Shown here piece after piece: positions 1 through 9,424 of a stretch of DNA of 52,713 nucleotides; positions within the stretch are counted from its first letter, which is position 1, and each line of letters opens with the position of its first letter. The position numbers were made by a program, and so were the translations under genes. Source of the stretch: an uncultured Oscillospiraceae bacterium (GTDB lineage: Bacteria > Bacillota > Clostridia > Oscillospirales > Oscillospiraceae); assembly GCA_964392535.1 (NCBI GenBank), contig CAYMPY010000001.1, positions 1 through 52,713 of the forward strand. Direction: 5' to 3'. Below the pieces are notes generated by a model. The model had not been told where the DNA came from and did not search any database. It saw nothing but the letters and a program-made list of their open reading frames with translations.

Positions 1-611
1 GCATGGGGCAGACCCAGTGCCTCACCCACAACACGGACTTCGTCCTTGTACAGAAGCTTCAGGGGCTCAACCAGCTCAAACTTCAGATCCTCGGGCAGAC
101 CACCCACATTGTGGTGGGATTTCACGGCCTTCTTGCCCTCGGCAGCCTTAATGGACTCTAAAATATCGGGATAGATCGTACCCTGGGCCAGGAAGGTAAT
201 ATCCTCCAGCTTGCGGGCCTCGTCAGCAAAGACGGTGATAAACTCCTTACCGATGATCTTGCGCTTGCGCTCGGGGTCGGAAACACCGGCCAACAGACCC
301 AGGAAATGATCGGTGGCATCCACATAGATCAGGTTGGCATCCAGGCCATCCTTAAACATTTTGATAACGCTCTCAGACTCATTTTTCCGCATAAGGCCGT
401 GGTTCACATGAACGCAGACCAGTTGCTTGCCGATGGCCTTAATGAGCAGTGCGGCAACAACAGAAGAGTCCACGCCGCCACTGAGGGCCAGCAGCACCTT
501 CTTGTCGCCAACCTGCTGACGGATAAACTCCACCTGCTCCTCAATAAAAGCATTGGCCAGCTGGGTATTTGTAATACGCTCCATAGATTCGGGACGGATA
601 TTTGTTGACAT
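1..611 (-). CDS. guaA: GMP synthase, ATP-pyrophosphatase (subunit B-type) domain only; runs off the left edge
   Basis: Manual translation from ATG at 611 (GGAGGA RBS upstream): [14 protein letters not shown]...[20 protein letters not shown]...[10 protein letters not shown]...[10 protein letters not shown]...[10 protein letters not shown]...[10 protein letters not shown], which are the GuaA PP-loop and C-terminal motifs. Missing from the ORF track because it is truncated. Confidence 0.93.
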   Translation of the reverse strand, partial: MSTNIRPESMERITNTQLANAFIEEQVEFIRQQVGDKKVLLALSGGVDSSVVAALLIKAIGKQLVCVHVNHGLMRKNESESVIKMFKDGLDANLIYVDATDHFLGLLAGVSDPERKRKIIGKEFITVFADEARKLEDITFLAQGTIYPDILESIKAAEGKKAVKSHHNVGGLPEDLKFELVEPLKLLYKDEVRVVGEALGLPH

Positions 612-693
612 ATCTATTCCTCCACAGAAAAATTATACTTCATTATACAGATATTTTTTTTCGGATGCAAGAAGAAAATGCATAATTCGCAGA

Positions 694-1479
694 TTATTTA
701 TTTCTGCGGTATTTTCCCGGGGTCTGACCGGTGGCGGCTTTAAACTGGCGGATAAAATGATACTGGTCGTTATAGCCCAGCTTTTCCGCAGTTTCTGCCA
801 GGGTCATGTCCTGATTGGAGCGCAGCAGGCTTTTGGCAAGGCTGATGCGCATATCGATCAGGTCCTTTGTGGGCGTTGTGCCGAACAGGGTTTTATAGAG
901 GGCGTGAAACCGGGAAGGACTGAAGGGGATCAGGGCCGCCATTTCCTCCAGGGTCCAGTTTTTCTCAGAGGTGGACAAGATCACACTTCTTGCAGCGGTC
1001 ATTTTGCTGACAGTGCTGCTTGAAAAGCTGCGGGTAACCGGCAGATCCTTTACGGAACGGTGCAGCCAAATCAGGAATTCTTTTACATAGCCCTCCAGCA
1101 GCTCCTCCCGGAAGGGGTTGGCGGAATAAAACTCCACCTCCATTTTGCGGAACATTTGGGATATGGCACTGTCGTTGTGGGGGAAGAAGGGACTGTTTAT
1201 GGCAATGCCGTATTTGTTGATCAGGGCGCCTGCCTCCGGCCCTAAATGGAGCCAGTTATGGATCAGGTCCTGACAGCAGTAAAGCCTGTGGGGCGTATGG
1301 GGCTCCATGATGATACAGCCGCCGCCCGGAATCTCATAAACATGATCTGCGCAGTGCAGGGTCACCTCAGAGTAATAGTGTGCAAAAATGTAATGGGGTC
1401 TGCCACCGGGCCTGTCAACCACATATCCTGCTTTTTTAGGCCAATCATGGCGAACGTCGTAAATGAGCAAGAAGATCAC
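694..1479 (-). CDS. AraC-family transcriptional regulator
   Basis: N-terminal cupin-like region and C-terminal double HTH (WTLEEMAA...SRFHALYK...LGYNDQYHFIRQFKAATGQTPGKYR). Confidence 0.92.
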   Translation of the reverse strand: MIFLLIYDVRHDWPKKAGYVVDRPGGRPHYIFAHYYSEVTLHCADHVYEIPGGGCIIMEPHTPHRLYCCQDLIHNWLHLGPEAGALINKYGIAINSPFFPHNDSAISQMFRKMEVEFYSANPFREELLEGYVKEFLIWLHRSVKDLPVTRSFSSSTVSKMTAARSVILSTSEKNWTLEEMAALIPFSPSRFHALYKTLFGTTPTKDLIDMRISLAKSLLRSNQDMTLAETAEKLGYNDQYHFIRQFKAATGQTPGKYRRNK

Positions 1480-1596
1480 CCTCCTTGTTTATATCCTACA
1501 AAAAAATAGTAAGAAAAGTCAATTCTTAAATATCGTGCAACATTTATCAGCGTGGATTTATTTGGTACTATTAAGAAAAAACAAGGAGGATGCTTT

Positions 1597-3135
1597 ATGA
1601 AAAAATTATCCATCATGCTTCTGATGCTGTTGGTGGCTTTTCTGCTGCCCTGTATGGCAGCTGCAGAAACAGAGCCTTTAACGGTTTATCTGGATGCCAC
1701 AAACGGCGCAGATACCAATACCGGCCTGACAGAGGCCCAGGCAGTGCAGACCATCGAAAAGGCCTATGGCGTACTGGCAGATCAGATCACCGACAGTACC
1801 ACTGTGGGCAAGATCGTTTTGGTGACGGATTATACCCACACCATGACAGCACAGAATCAGTATATTGTCAGCAGCAATCACAGCTATGAGGTGATCATCA
1901 CCGGCAAGACCCTGACCGTCCACTATTCCGGTACGGCTTACCTGGGTCTGCGTGGCCCCACTACATTTGAAAATATTACCATGAATGTGTCCGGCAGCAG
2001 CAACATGACCATTTACGGTGATAACGGCGGCCTGTTAAAGATCGGTGAGAATGTAAAGACCACTTCCGCCACCAAGTTTAAGCTCAGTGCCGGTCCTATG
2101 AAGTCCGGCTACAGCGGCCCCATGTCCATAGAGGTCAACTCAGGTTCCTGGCAGGACCTGTTTGCAGGCTGCTATATGTACACCCTCACCGGCAGCGGCA
2201 GCCTCACCATGAACGGCGGCAGCGCCGTCAATGTGCAGACCACCTATAACGGCAAGCACACCGGCGATTTGACCATTACCCTCAACGGCGGTACGGTCAC
2301 CAACCTTTACGGCGGCACCATCTCCACCAAGTTAGACCCCGACGGTGTCGGTACCTTTGTAAACGGCGGTGCGACCCTGAACCTGGGCGGTGGCAACCTG
2401 ACTATTGGCACCGGTATTCGCCTCGCTGTGACCGGCACTGCCACCGGCACCACCGTTGTGACCGTCAGCGGTGCAGTTTACCTGGACCTGAACGGCAAGA
2501 CTCTGACCGGCGATGTTTCCGGCGAGGGCACGCTCTACGGTATGGACAGCGCAACGGACAAGTACACCACCGACACCATGGGCCGCATTGAGGGTACTGT
2601 GTCCTGTAATGTGGAGGCACAATTCAGAACAAGCATCACCGGTAATGTCCGCCGCTATATGGCAATTAAAGACGATAGCGGCTACACCTTCCACCGTTTC
2701 TGGATGGGCATCACCCACATGAATCTGAAGCCCGGTGCAAACGGTGTTGGCTATAAGGCTGCCTTCTACGGTGACGAGCAGGTGCTGCAGCAGGTCACCG
2801 GCTACGGCTACACCCTGTGGGTGGGCGAAAACGGTAAGAAGCTGTCCGCCGGAAAAGAGGGCGCATTCATCTCCGGTCAGACGGTTACCGCACGGCTGCA
2901 GAACTTTGATGTGGAAAACTACGGTGAAACACCCGTCTACGGCCAGGTCTATCTGACCCTGGAGGGCGGCACCACCATCGAAAGCACCGTATGCAGCTAC
3001 ACCTTCCGCAGCCTTGTGGAGCAGGTAGCCGCAAACAGCGGCAGCTACACAGAGTCTCAGCTGTCCGCCCTGCGGGATATGCTCCTGCGGTTTGAAAGCA
3101 CAGTGAGCGGCTGGAATATTGATGCAATTCTCTAA
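1597..3135 (+). CDS. Secreted/surface protein with Gly/Thr-rich beta-helix-like region, function unknown
   Basis: AGGAGG RBS before ATG 1597; Sec signal peptide MKKLSIMLLMLLVAFLLPCMAAA; TVYLDATNGADTNTG motif typical of beta-helix protein N-termini; divergent from the AraC gene. Confidence 0.8.
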   Translation: MKKLSIMLLMLLVAFLLPCMAAAETEPLTVYLDATNGADTNTGLTEAQAVQTIEKAYGVLADQITDSTTVGKIVLVTDYTHTMTAQNQYIVSSNHSYEVIITGKTLTVHYSGTAYLGLRGPTTFENITMNVSGSSNMTIYGDNGGLLKIGENVKTTSATKFKLSAGPMKSGYSGPMSIEVNSGSWQDLFAGCYMYTLTGSGSLTMNGGSAVNVQTTYNGKHTGDLTITLNGGTVTNLYGGTISTKLDPDGVGTFVNGGATLNLGGGNLTIGTGIRLAVTGTATGTTVVTVSGAVYLDLNGKTLTGDVSGEGTLYGMDSATDKYTTDTMGRIEGTVSCNVEAQFRTSITGNVRRYMAIKDDSGYTFHRFWMGITHMNLKPGANGVGYKAAFYGDEQVLQQVTGYGYTLWVGENGKKLSAGKEGAFISGQTVTARLQNFDVENYGETPVYGQVYLTLEGGTTIESTVCSYTFRSLVEQVAANSGSYTESQLSALRDMLLRFESTVSGWNIDAIL

Positions 3136-3141
3136 ATAAAG

Positions 3142-3240
3142 AAAACGGATTCTTCGGCTACGCCTCAGAATGACAGTGGAACCTTTCAGGTTTTCGTGTC
3201 ATTCTGACCCTGAACAAAGTGAAGGGGAAGAATCCGTTTT
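3142..3240. repeat. Inverted pair of GTCAT-type (CGTC-family) REP-like palindromes; probably also a terminator
   Basis: aaaacggattcttc...cagaatgaca is inverted relative to tgtcattctg...gaagaatccgtttt; same family at 6975, 20441, 34253 and 52399. Confidence 0.8.
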
Positions 3241-3306
3241 TTATTGGAAAAACGGTTGCTTTTTCAAAAAAGGGGGCTATAATGAAGGCAGAAAGGGGCT
3301 GATGTT

Positions 3307-4653
3307 ATGGCGACGACGCATACATTGGATCTGACGAAGGGTTCTGTGACGAAGAAGCTGCTTTCCTTTGCAATGCCGATCCTTTTAAGCACGATCCTTC
3401 AGCATCTTTATACCATTGCAGACCGGGTGGTGGTCGGTAATTTTGCCGCCGACGGCACAACGGCCCTGGCGGCGGTAGGCGCAACCAATTCGGCCACCAA
3501 TTTGCTGCTGAACCTGTTTACGGGCATATCCCTGGGTGCCAACATCGTTTGCTCCAATCTCCGTGGTGCAAACCGTCTGGAGAAGCTGCGGAAATGTATG
3601 CACAGTGCGGTGGTTCTGTCGGTTATTTTCGGCGTTGTGCTGATGGCTATTGGCCTTGCGCTGGCGGAGACTATTCTGACCATGATGGATACCCCCGCCG
3701 ATGTGCTGCCCCAGGCGGTTACCTATATGCGCATATTCTTCATGGGTATGCCGGGCTCCCTGGTATATAATTTCGGCGCGGCAATTTTGCGGGCCCACGG
3801 TGACTCCAAGCGATCCATGTACATTTTGGGCGTGACCGGCATCGTGAATGTGGTGCTGAACCTGATCCTGGTCATCGGCTTCCACCTGGACGTGGCCGGT
3901 GTTGCCATTGCGACCATTGTGGCCCAGTACCTGTCGGCCATTGCGGTCATGTGGATCCTGTTTAGCAAAAAGCAGGAGTACAAGCTTTCTGTAAAGGAGC
4001 TGAAGCTCCACAAAGAGCTGGTGGGCAGAATGGTTGCCATTGGCGTGCCCTGCGGCATCAACGGCATTTTGCAGTGCTTATCCAATGTGATCCTGCAATC
4101 CTCCGTCAATTCCTTTGGTAAATATGTGATCGCCGGCAACACGGCGGCTACGGATATTAACAACTTTGCCTATCTGGTAAACGGTGCGTTTTCCTCGGCC
4201 TGTGTCAGCTTTTCCGGCCAGTGCTGCGGTGCAAAGCAGTATAAGCGGCTGGATAAGCTGGTAGTGGTCTGCGCCATCTGGAATTCGGTTTTTGTGGCTG
4301 TGATCGCAGCGATTGCAACCATATTCCCCAGGCAGCTGCTGGGTATATTCAATCCCGATCCTGCTGTTGTGGATGCAGGTATGTTTAAGCTGATATTGCT
4401 CAGCTGGACCTGTGTGTTCTTCGGCATCAGTGACACGATGGTGGGTTGTGTGCGTGGCATGGGCAAGTCCCTCAGCCCCACGATCCTGAATATTATCTGC
4501 CTGTGCGGCCTGCGGCTTGTATGGGTGCTGCTTGTATTTCCCTATTGCCCCCGTGATCCCAGATATCTGTACTTATGCTACCCTCTGTCCTGGATCGTTG
4601 CGGTGATCGTGCAGACCTGTAACTTCATTTACTGCAGAAAAAAGCTGAAATAA
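3307..4653 (+). CDS. MATE-family efflux transporter
   Basis: DLTKGS...LLSFAMP...LQHLYTIADRVVVG...ALAAVG N-terminus; ILRAHGDSKR and RGMGKSL motifs; ~12 TM segments. Confidence 0.93.
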   Translation: MATTHTLDLTKGSVTKKLLSFAMPILLSTILQHLYTIADRVVVGNFAADGTTALAAVGATNSATNLLLNLFTGISLGANIVCSNLRGANRLEKLRKCMHSAVVLSVIFGVVLMAIGLALAETILTMMDTPADVLPQAVTYMRIFFMGMPGSLVYNFGAAILRAHGDSKRSMYILGVTGIVNVVLNLILVIGFHLDVAGVAIATIVAQYLSAIAVMWILFSKKQEYKLSVKELKLHKELVGRMVAIGVPCGINGILQCLSNVILQSSVNSFGKYVIAGNTAATDINNFAYLVNGAFSSACVSFSGQCCGAKQYKRLDKLVVVCAIWNSVFVAVIAAIATIFPRQLLGIFNPDPAVVDAGMFKLILLSWTCVFFGISDTMVGCVRGMGKSLSPTILNIICLCGLRLVWVLLVFPYCPRDPRYLYLCYPLSWIVAVIVQTCNFIYCRKKLK

Positions 4654-4665
4654 GAGGTTGGTTAT

Positions 4666-5529
4666 ATGAAATCTAAAGTTTATTTCTCCAAAACCATTAC
4701 ACCGGAGGAGGTTTTAAAGCTCTATGATATGCTGGGCGTGGAGCTAAGTGGCAATGTGGCCATTAAGGTTCACTCCGGTGAGCCGGGCAATCAAAACTTT
4801 TTAAGACCGGACTTCTGGAAGCCGGTCATTGACCGGGTAGGGGGCACGGTGGTGGAGTGCAACACTGCTTACGAAGGTGGCCGTGATGTAACCGAGCGGC
4901 ATATGGAGACCTTTAAAAAGCACGGCTGGCTTGACTACTATCCTGTAGACCTGCTGGATGCCCAGGGTCCCGATATGGTGCTGGAAATTCCGGACGGTAA
5001 ACGGATCAGGCAAAATTATGTGGGCAAGGACCTGAAAAACTACGATTCCATGCTGGTGCTGACCCACTTTAAGGGCCACCCCATGGGCGGCTACGGCGGT
5101 GCCATCAAGCAGCTGTCCATCGGCGTTGCATCTTCTTACGGCAAAAAGTATATCCACGGTGTAGGCGATACGGAGAACTTCTGGGGCTCTGACCGGGATC
5201 ACTTTAAAGAAGCCATGGCCGATGCGGCCCTGTCTGTGGTGCGGTACTTTGAAAACCGTATTGTTTATGTCAATGTAATGAAGAACATGAGCGTGGACTG
5301 CGACTGCTGCGCTGTGGCGAAAGATCCCTGCATGGGGGACATTGGCGTGCTGGTGTCCTTAGACCCGGTGGCTATTGATCAGGCCTGCGTAGATCTGGTG
5401 TACGCAAGCAGCGACCCCGGCAAGAGCCATCTGATCCAGCGTATTGAAAGCCGCAACGGTATTCATACCATAGAAGCTGCGGCGGAGCTGGGCTTCGGCA
5501 GCAGGGAATATGAGCTCGTTGAGGTATAG
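4666..5529 (+). CDS. DUF362-family Fe-S protein
   Basis: VAIKVHSGEPG, ECNTAYEG, THFKGHPMGGYGGAIKQ, VDCDCC and DPVAIDQAC motifs. Confidence 0.85.
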   Translation: MKSKVYFSKTITPEEVLKLYDMLGVELSGNVAIKVHSGEPGNQNFLRPDFWKPVIDRVGGTVVECNTAYEGGRDVTERHMETFKKHGWLDYYPVDLLDAQGPDMVLEIPDGKRIRQNYVGKDLKNYDSMLVLTHFKGHPMGGYGGAIKQLSIGVASSYGKKYIHGVGDTENFWGSDRDHFKEAMADAALSVVRYFENRIVYVNVMKNMSVDCDCCAVAKDPCMGDIGVLVSLDPVAIDQACVDLVYASSDPGKSHLIQRIESRNGIHTIEAAAELGFGSREYELVEV

Positions 5530-5544
5530 ACCTGCGTTCGCCCG

Positions 5545-5589
5545 AAAAAAATGCAACCGGTACAAAAACGTACCGGTTGCGTTTTTTTT
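5545..5589. terminator. Bidirectional intrinsic terminator
   Basis: A-tract, gcaaccggtac/gtaccggttgc stem, T-tract, between convergent genes. Confidence 0.8.
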
Positions 5590-5595
5590 GGTTAT

Positions 5596-6894
5596 TTATT
5601 TCTCTGCGATGATATCCAGGTAGTACAGAACGTTAATTTGTGCATCGGACAGTGTCTTGGTCTTGCTGTACCAGCTGTACTCGGTGTAGGACTCCAAATC
5701 GCCCTCGTAGTACACGTATTCAGCGGACAGGTTGCCGTTTTTGTTGTACTCAAAATCGTAGGTATAGGTCTCTTCGTCGTCAAAGTAGTGCTCACGGCTG
5801 ATAAGCTTGCCGTCCTTGTACTTATATTCGGTGCAGAAGATGTAGCCGCCGTAATCATACTCGGAATAGGTTATATTGCCCTTCTTGTCGTACTCGAATT
5901 TTGCAGTGTACTCCTCGTCGCCGCTGTCGTCGTCGATGCAGACCTCTTCGGTGATATTGCCCTTGCTGTCATATTCGTATTCGTAAATGGTGCAGTAGCT
6001 CCAATCATCATCATCGAAATCGGTGTGCTCGATATAGGTGATGTTGCCATACTTGTCATACTCGTAAATGTTCTCGTAAGACTCTTCGCCGTCCTTGACG
6101 CAGAGCTCTTCCAGTATATTGCCATCCTTATCGTACTTATACTCAAATTCATACTCGCCGGAATCGCCATCGGAATAAACGACATTGCCGTACTTGTCAA
6201 ACTCCTCATATTTCTCGGTTCCATCCTCCCAGACGGTGGTCACAGAGGTGATCTGACCCTTGCTGTTGTATTCAAACTCATAGGTTCTGCTGTTTTCCTC
6301 TGACTCGACGGTAATGGTCTCGGGCATACCCTTCTTGTTTACCTCAACAGACTTATACTCGATTTCTTCGTCATCGGCATTGTAGGTGACAGATTCCTTC
6401 ATAACTACATAGGAATCACCGAAAATGCCCAGGTCGATAATGTCAAAGTAATCCAGTGCCAGTACGGCGCCTGCGCCCAGGATCAGGATGATCAGAATGG
6501 CCCACAGCCAGCCCAGCTTCTTCTTTTTCTTCTGCTTCTTGGGGGCAGGAGTTGCCGGGGGCTGATAAACCGGCTGCTGGTAAACGGGCTGCTGCATCGG
6601 GGGCTGATAGACCGGCTGCTGGTAAACAGGCTGCTGCACAGGAGGCTCGTAGACAGGCGTTTCGTAGACAGGAGCTTCCTGCACAGGCACTTCGTAGACA
6701 GGAGCTTCCTGCACAGGAGCTTCGTAGACAGGAACTTCATAAACAGGGGCTTGAGGTACCTCGGGTACCTGCGGTGCGGGGATCTCGGGTTCCACAGCCA
6801 CGGGTGCGGGCTGGGGGGCGGCCAATCTGGTGCCGCAGTTGCCACAGAACATTGCACCGTCCATCAATTTAGAACCGCAATTAGGACAAAACAT
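5596..6894 (-). CDS. Zinc-ribbon membrane protein with Pro/Gln linker and extracellular YD/RHS-like repeats
   Basis: MFCPNCG...FCGNCG, PVYE/QQPVY repeats, poly-Lys followed by one TM helix, then repeated YEYDxxGN units. Confidence 0.85.
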   Translation of the reverse strand: MFCPNCGSKLMDGAMFCGNCGTRLAAPQPAPVAVEPEIPAPQVPEVPQAPVYEVPVYEAPVQEAPVYEVPVQEAPVYETPVYEPPVQQPVYQQPVYQPPMQQPVYQQPVYQPPATPAPKKQKKKKKLGWLWAILIILILGAGAVLALDYFDIIDLGIFGDSYVVMKESVTYNADDEEIEYKSVEVNKKGMPETITVESEENSRTYEFEYNSKGQITSVTTVWEDGTEKYEEFDKYGNVVYSDGDSGEYEFEYKYDKDGNILEELCVKDGEESYENIYEYDKYGNITYIEHTDFDDDDWSYCTIYEYEYDSKGNITEEVCIDDDSGDEEYTAKFEYDKKGNITYSEYDYGGYIFCTEYKYKDGKLISREHYFDDEETYTYDFEYNKNGNLSAEYVYYEGDLESYTEYSWYSKTKTLSDAQINVLYYLDIIAEK

Positions 6895-6951
6895 GATAAT
6901 TTCCTCTCTTTCAGTCAGGATTATTCATTCAAACCGTCCGGTTTTGCCGGA

Positions 6952-7091
6952 AAACGTCATTGGATTCGGAACCGTGTCATCCCGACCAAGCGAAGCGCGT
7001 GGAGGGATCTTCGTGTTTTCCGGTGTGGAAACAGAAAGATTTCTCCGCTCGCGTTGCTCGGTCGAAATGACCGACTATTCAAATGACATCG
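6952..7091. repeat. GTCAT-type REP doublet inside degenerate CAATGTCATT-like terminal repeats (MITE-like)
   Basis: tgtcatcccgaccaagcgaagcgcgtggagggatct (6975) inverted with agatttctccgctcgcgttgctcggtcgaaatgac (to 7071); outer ends aaacgtcatt / aatgacatcg. Confidence 0.7.
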
Positions 7092-7116
7092 GCCTTGCCG
7101 GGCGGGAGAATACAGA

Positions 7117-8040
7117 TTAAAGAATGACACCCAGTTGCTTCAGGGCGTTGTGTTGGGCAGCGGTCAGCGGGATCGGCCGGGTTGTCCAGGTGTAGGTGGT
7201 ACGGCCTGTAAATTCGCCGTAGCTGTAGGTGCGTTTTTCAGAAAGCAGACCCCGGTCATCGTAGGAATATTCCATACGGCTGTATTCCTCACCGTTTAAG
7301 AAGGCTGTTTCCGTGGCGGTCAGCCCATCCTCGTTATAGGTGTAGACCGTGGTGGTGGTCTCCTCGCCGGAAACCTGCTCCCACCGGGTCAGCCGGCCTT
7401 CTTCGTCATAAGTAAAGCTTTCGGTGTGCTCCGTATCGCCACCCTCAAACTTGCAGTGGATGGCCGTCAGCAGCGTGCCATCATAGGTGTTTTCGTAGAT
7501 CAGGGAATAGCCACTGTTTCCGCCGGTGGAGCTTACTGCGGTCAGGTTGCCCTGCTCATCGTAGGCCCAGGTTTTCACGGAGGAGAGATTGCCGTTTGCA
7601 GAGGTTTCCTTTTTGATCACACGCCCGGCTGCATCATAGCTGCAGGCAATGTCCGTGGTTTTTCCGTCGGCGGTTTTCTGAATGATATCGCCGTGGTCAT
7701 TGAGCAGAGCATGGCTGACTGTTTCCTCGCCGTAAAGGACACGGCTCATGGAGAAGCCGGTGATGCTGCCGTTTTCGTCATATTCCGGGGTGTAGGTCAC
7801 ATCTGTACCGGAGTCCAGCAATATAGCGGCGGGCAGCATTTGGTCATTAAAGGTGACCTCCATGCGGACGGTTACACGGTCATTTTTATCCTGGTGGACC
7901 TGCTCGGTCAGCAGGTATTCACCGGTGGGTGTGGGTTCGGGAGCAGGGGGCTGTGTCGTGGGTACAGTGGTCTCCGGGGCTTGTTGGCTGCAGCCGCTTA
8001 AAAGCAACAAAACCAATAAAAAACATAAAAGCTTTTTCAT
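7117..8040 (-). CDS. Lipoprotein with YD/RHS-like repeats
   Basis: Lipobox LLSGC, Pro/Thr linker, repeats YDENG / YDAAGRV / YDEQGNL / YDEEGRL / YDDRGLL. Confidence 0.85.
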   Translation of the reverse strand: MKKLLCFLLVLLLLSGCSQQAPETTVPTTQPPAPEPTPTGEYLLTEQVHQDKNDRVTVRMEVTFNDQMLPAAILLDSGTDVTYTPEYDENGSITGFSMSRVLYGEETVSHALLNDHGDIIQKTADGKTTDIACSYDAAGRVIKKETSANGNLSSVKTWAYDEQGNLTAVSSTGGNSGYSLIYENTYDGTLLTAIHCKFEGGDTEHTESFTYDEEGRLTRWEQVSGEETTTTVYTYNEDGLTATETAFLNGEEYSRMEYSYDDRGLLSEKRTYSYGEFTGRTTYTWTTRPIPLTAAQHNALKQLGVIL

Positions 8041-8043
8041 GGC

Positions 8044-9252
8044 TTACTCTACGAAAGCCTCCACGCCGCCCTGGGGACGGATGGACAGCACATGGCAAGC
8101 GCCCTTACCCAGTACCGCATCGATACCGGCCCGGAAGGCATCCAGCAAATCAAAGGGCACAAAGGCCTGAACCGTACCGGCAAAGCCACCGCCATGGACT
8201 CTGTAAGCACCACGGTCACCCAGGTAGTGGGCGCACAGTGCCAGGGATACAGCCACATCCTGATGTTCCTTATAGCCTGCGGGGATCACATTCTGTAAGT
8301 ACATCCAGGAGGAGAAGCCGCTTTTCTTTACAAGGCGCAGGAATGCGTCAAAATCACCGTTTTTCAGGGCCGCTACCTGCTTGGGAACACGGGCGTTTTC
8401 CTTGTAGAAGTGCAGGGCGCGCATAACAGCCCGGTCACCGCACTTTTCGCGCAGCTGGGGAATGGCGGCCATAAAGTCTGCTTCTTCGATCTGAGTCAGC
8501 ACATCTTTATGGAAGTAGCTGCAAATGTCCTTTAATTCCAGGGTGATGGCAGCATACTCGTCGGTCAGGTCTGCATGGCTTGCACGGCTGTCGATGATGC
8601 ACAGGGCGTGACCGCAGGAGGCAAAGTCAAAGTCCACAGCCTCAATGACCGGCTGCTCTTTATTAAAGAAATCGATGGTCACCATGCCGCCTACGGCGGA
8701 GGCCATCTGATCCATGAGGCCACAGGGCTTGCCGAAGAACACATTCTCGGCGTACTGGCCGATCATGGCCACCTCCGGCTGGGATACCTTATTTTCAAAG
8801 AACAGGCCGTTGATGATGGTGCCGATGAGCACCTCATAGGCGGCAGAGGAGCTCAGGCCGGAGCCGGGCAGGACGGTGGAGGTCACATAGGCATCAAAGC
8901 CTTCGACCTTGCAGCCCAGCTGGGTAAAGCGGGCAGCTACGCCACGGATCAGGGCCATGGTGGTATTGATCTCGGCGCTCTGCGGTGTGAGCTGGGAGAG
9001 CTCCACCTCACACAGAGGATAGCCCTCGGATTGAATACGGATGGTATTTGTTCCGTTTACACGGACAGCGGCCAGCGCCTCCAAATTTACGGCAGCGGCC
9101 AGTACCCGGCCACGCTGATGGTCGGTATGGTTGCCGCCGATCTCGGTACGGCCCGGTGCAGAAAAATAGCGTTCAGGCTGTGTGCCAAAGGTGGCCTCGA
9201 AGCCGGCATTTACCGCCTGTACCTGTTCTTTTGTAAGGGTCAGGGTCTGCAT
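8044..9252 (-). CDS. galK: Galactokinase
   Basis: APGRTEIGGNHTDH, PGSGLSSSAA, PCGLMDQ and RVHGGGFAG GHMP-kinase motifs. Confidence 0.93.
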   Translation of the reverse strand: MQTLTLTKEQVQAVNAGFEATFGTQPERYFSAPGRTEIGGNHTDHQRGRVLAAAVNLEALAAVRVNGTNTIRIQSEGYPLCEVELSQLTPQSAEINTTMALIRGVAARFTQLGCKVEGFDAYVTSTVLPGSGLSSSAAYEVLIGTIINGLFFENKVSQPEVAMIGQYAENVFFGKPCGLMDQMASAVGGMVTIDFFNKEQPVIEAVDFDFASCGHALCIIDSRASHADLTDEYAAITLELKDICSYFHKDVLTQIEEADFMAAIPQLREKCGDRAVMRALHFYKENARVPKQVAALKNGDFDAFLRLVKKSGFSSWMYLQNVIPAGYKEHQDVAVSLALCAHYLGDRGAYRVHGGGFAGTVQAFVPFDLLDAFRAGIDAVLGKGACHVLSIRPQGGVEAFVE

Positions 9253-9424
9253 ATGATAAACCTCCAGAGAAGTGGTTATGAAAAACTAATTTTATTATAT
9301 CAGTAAAAGAATCAATTGCAAAGCATTTTTTTCAAAAAAACCGCATTTTTTCAAAAACCTGACATTTGCTTTTTGCCATAGTTGTGCTACAATGAAGCTA
9401 TCCGTTAAGAAAGAGGTGGGTTGT

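Noticed and set aside
6555..6750. 15- and 30-nt tandem repeats that could look like a CRISPR or VNTR array
   Set aside because: They encode the PVYE/QQPVY Pro-rich linker of 5596-6894; no unique spacers and no cas genes
5596..8040. RHS polymorphic toxin-immunity locus
   Set aside because: Proteins are short, lack the RHS core and toxin tip, and there is no small immunity gene
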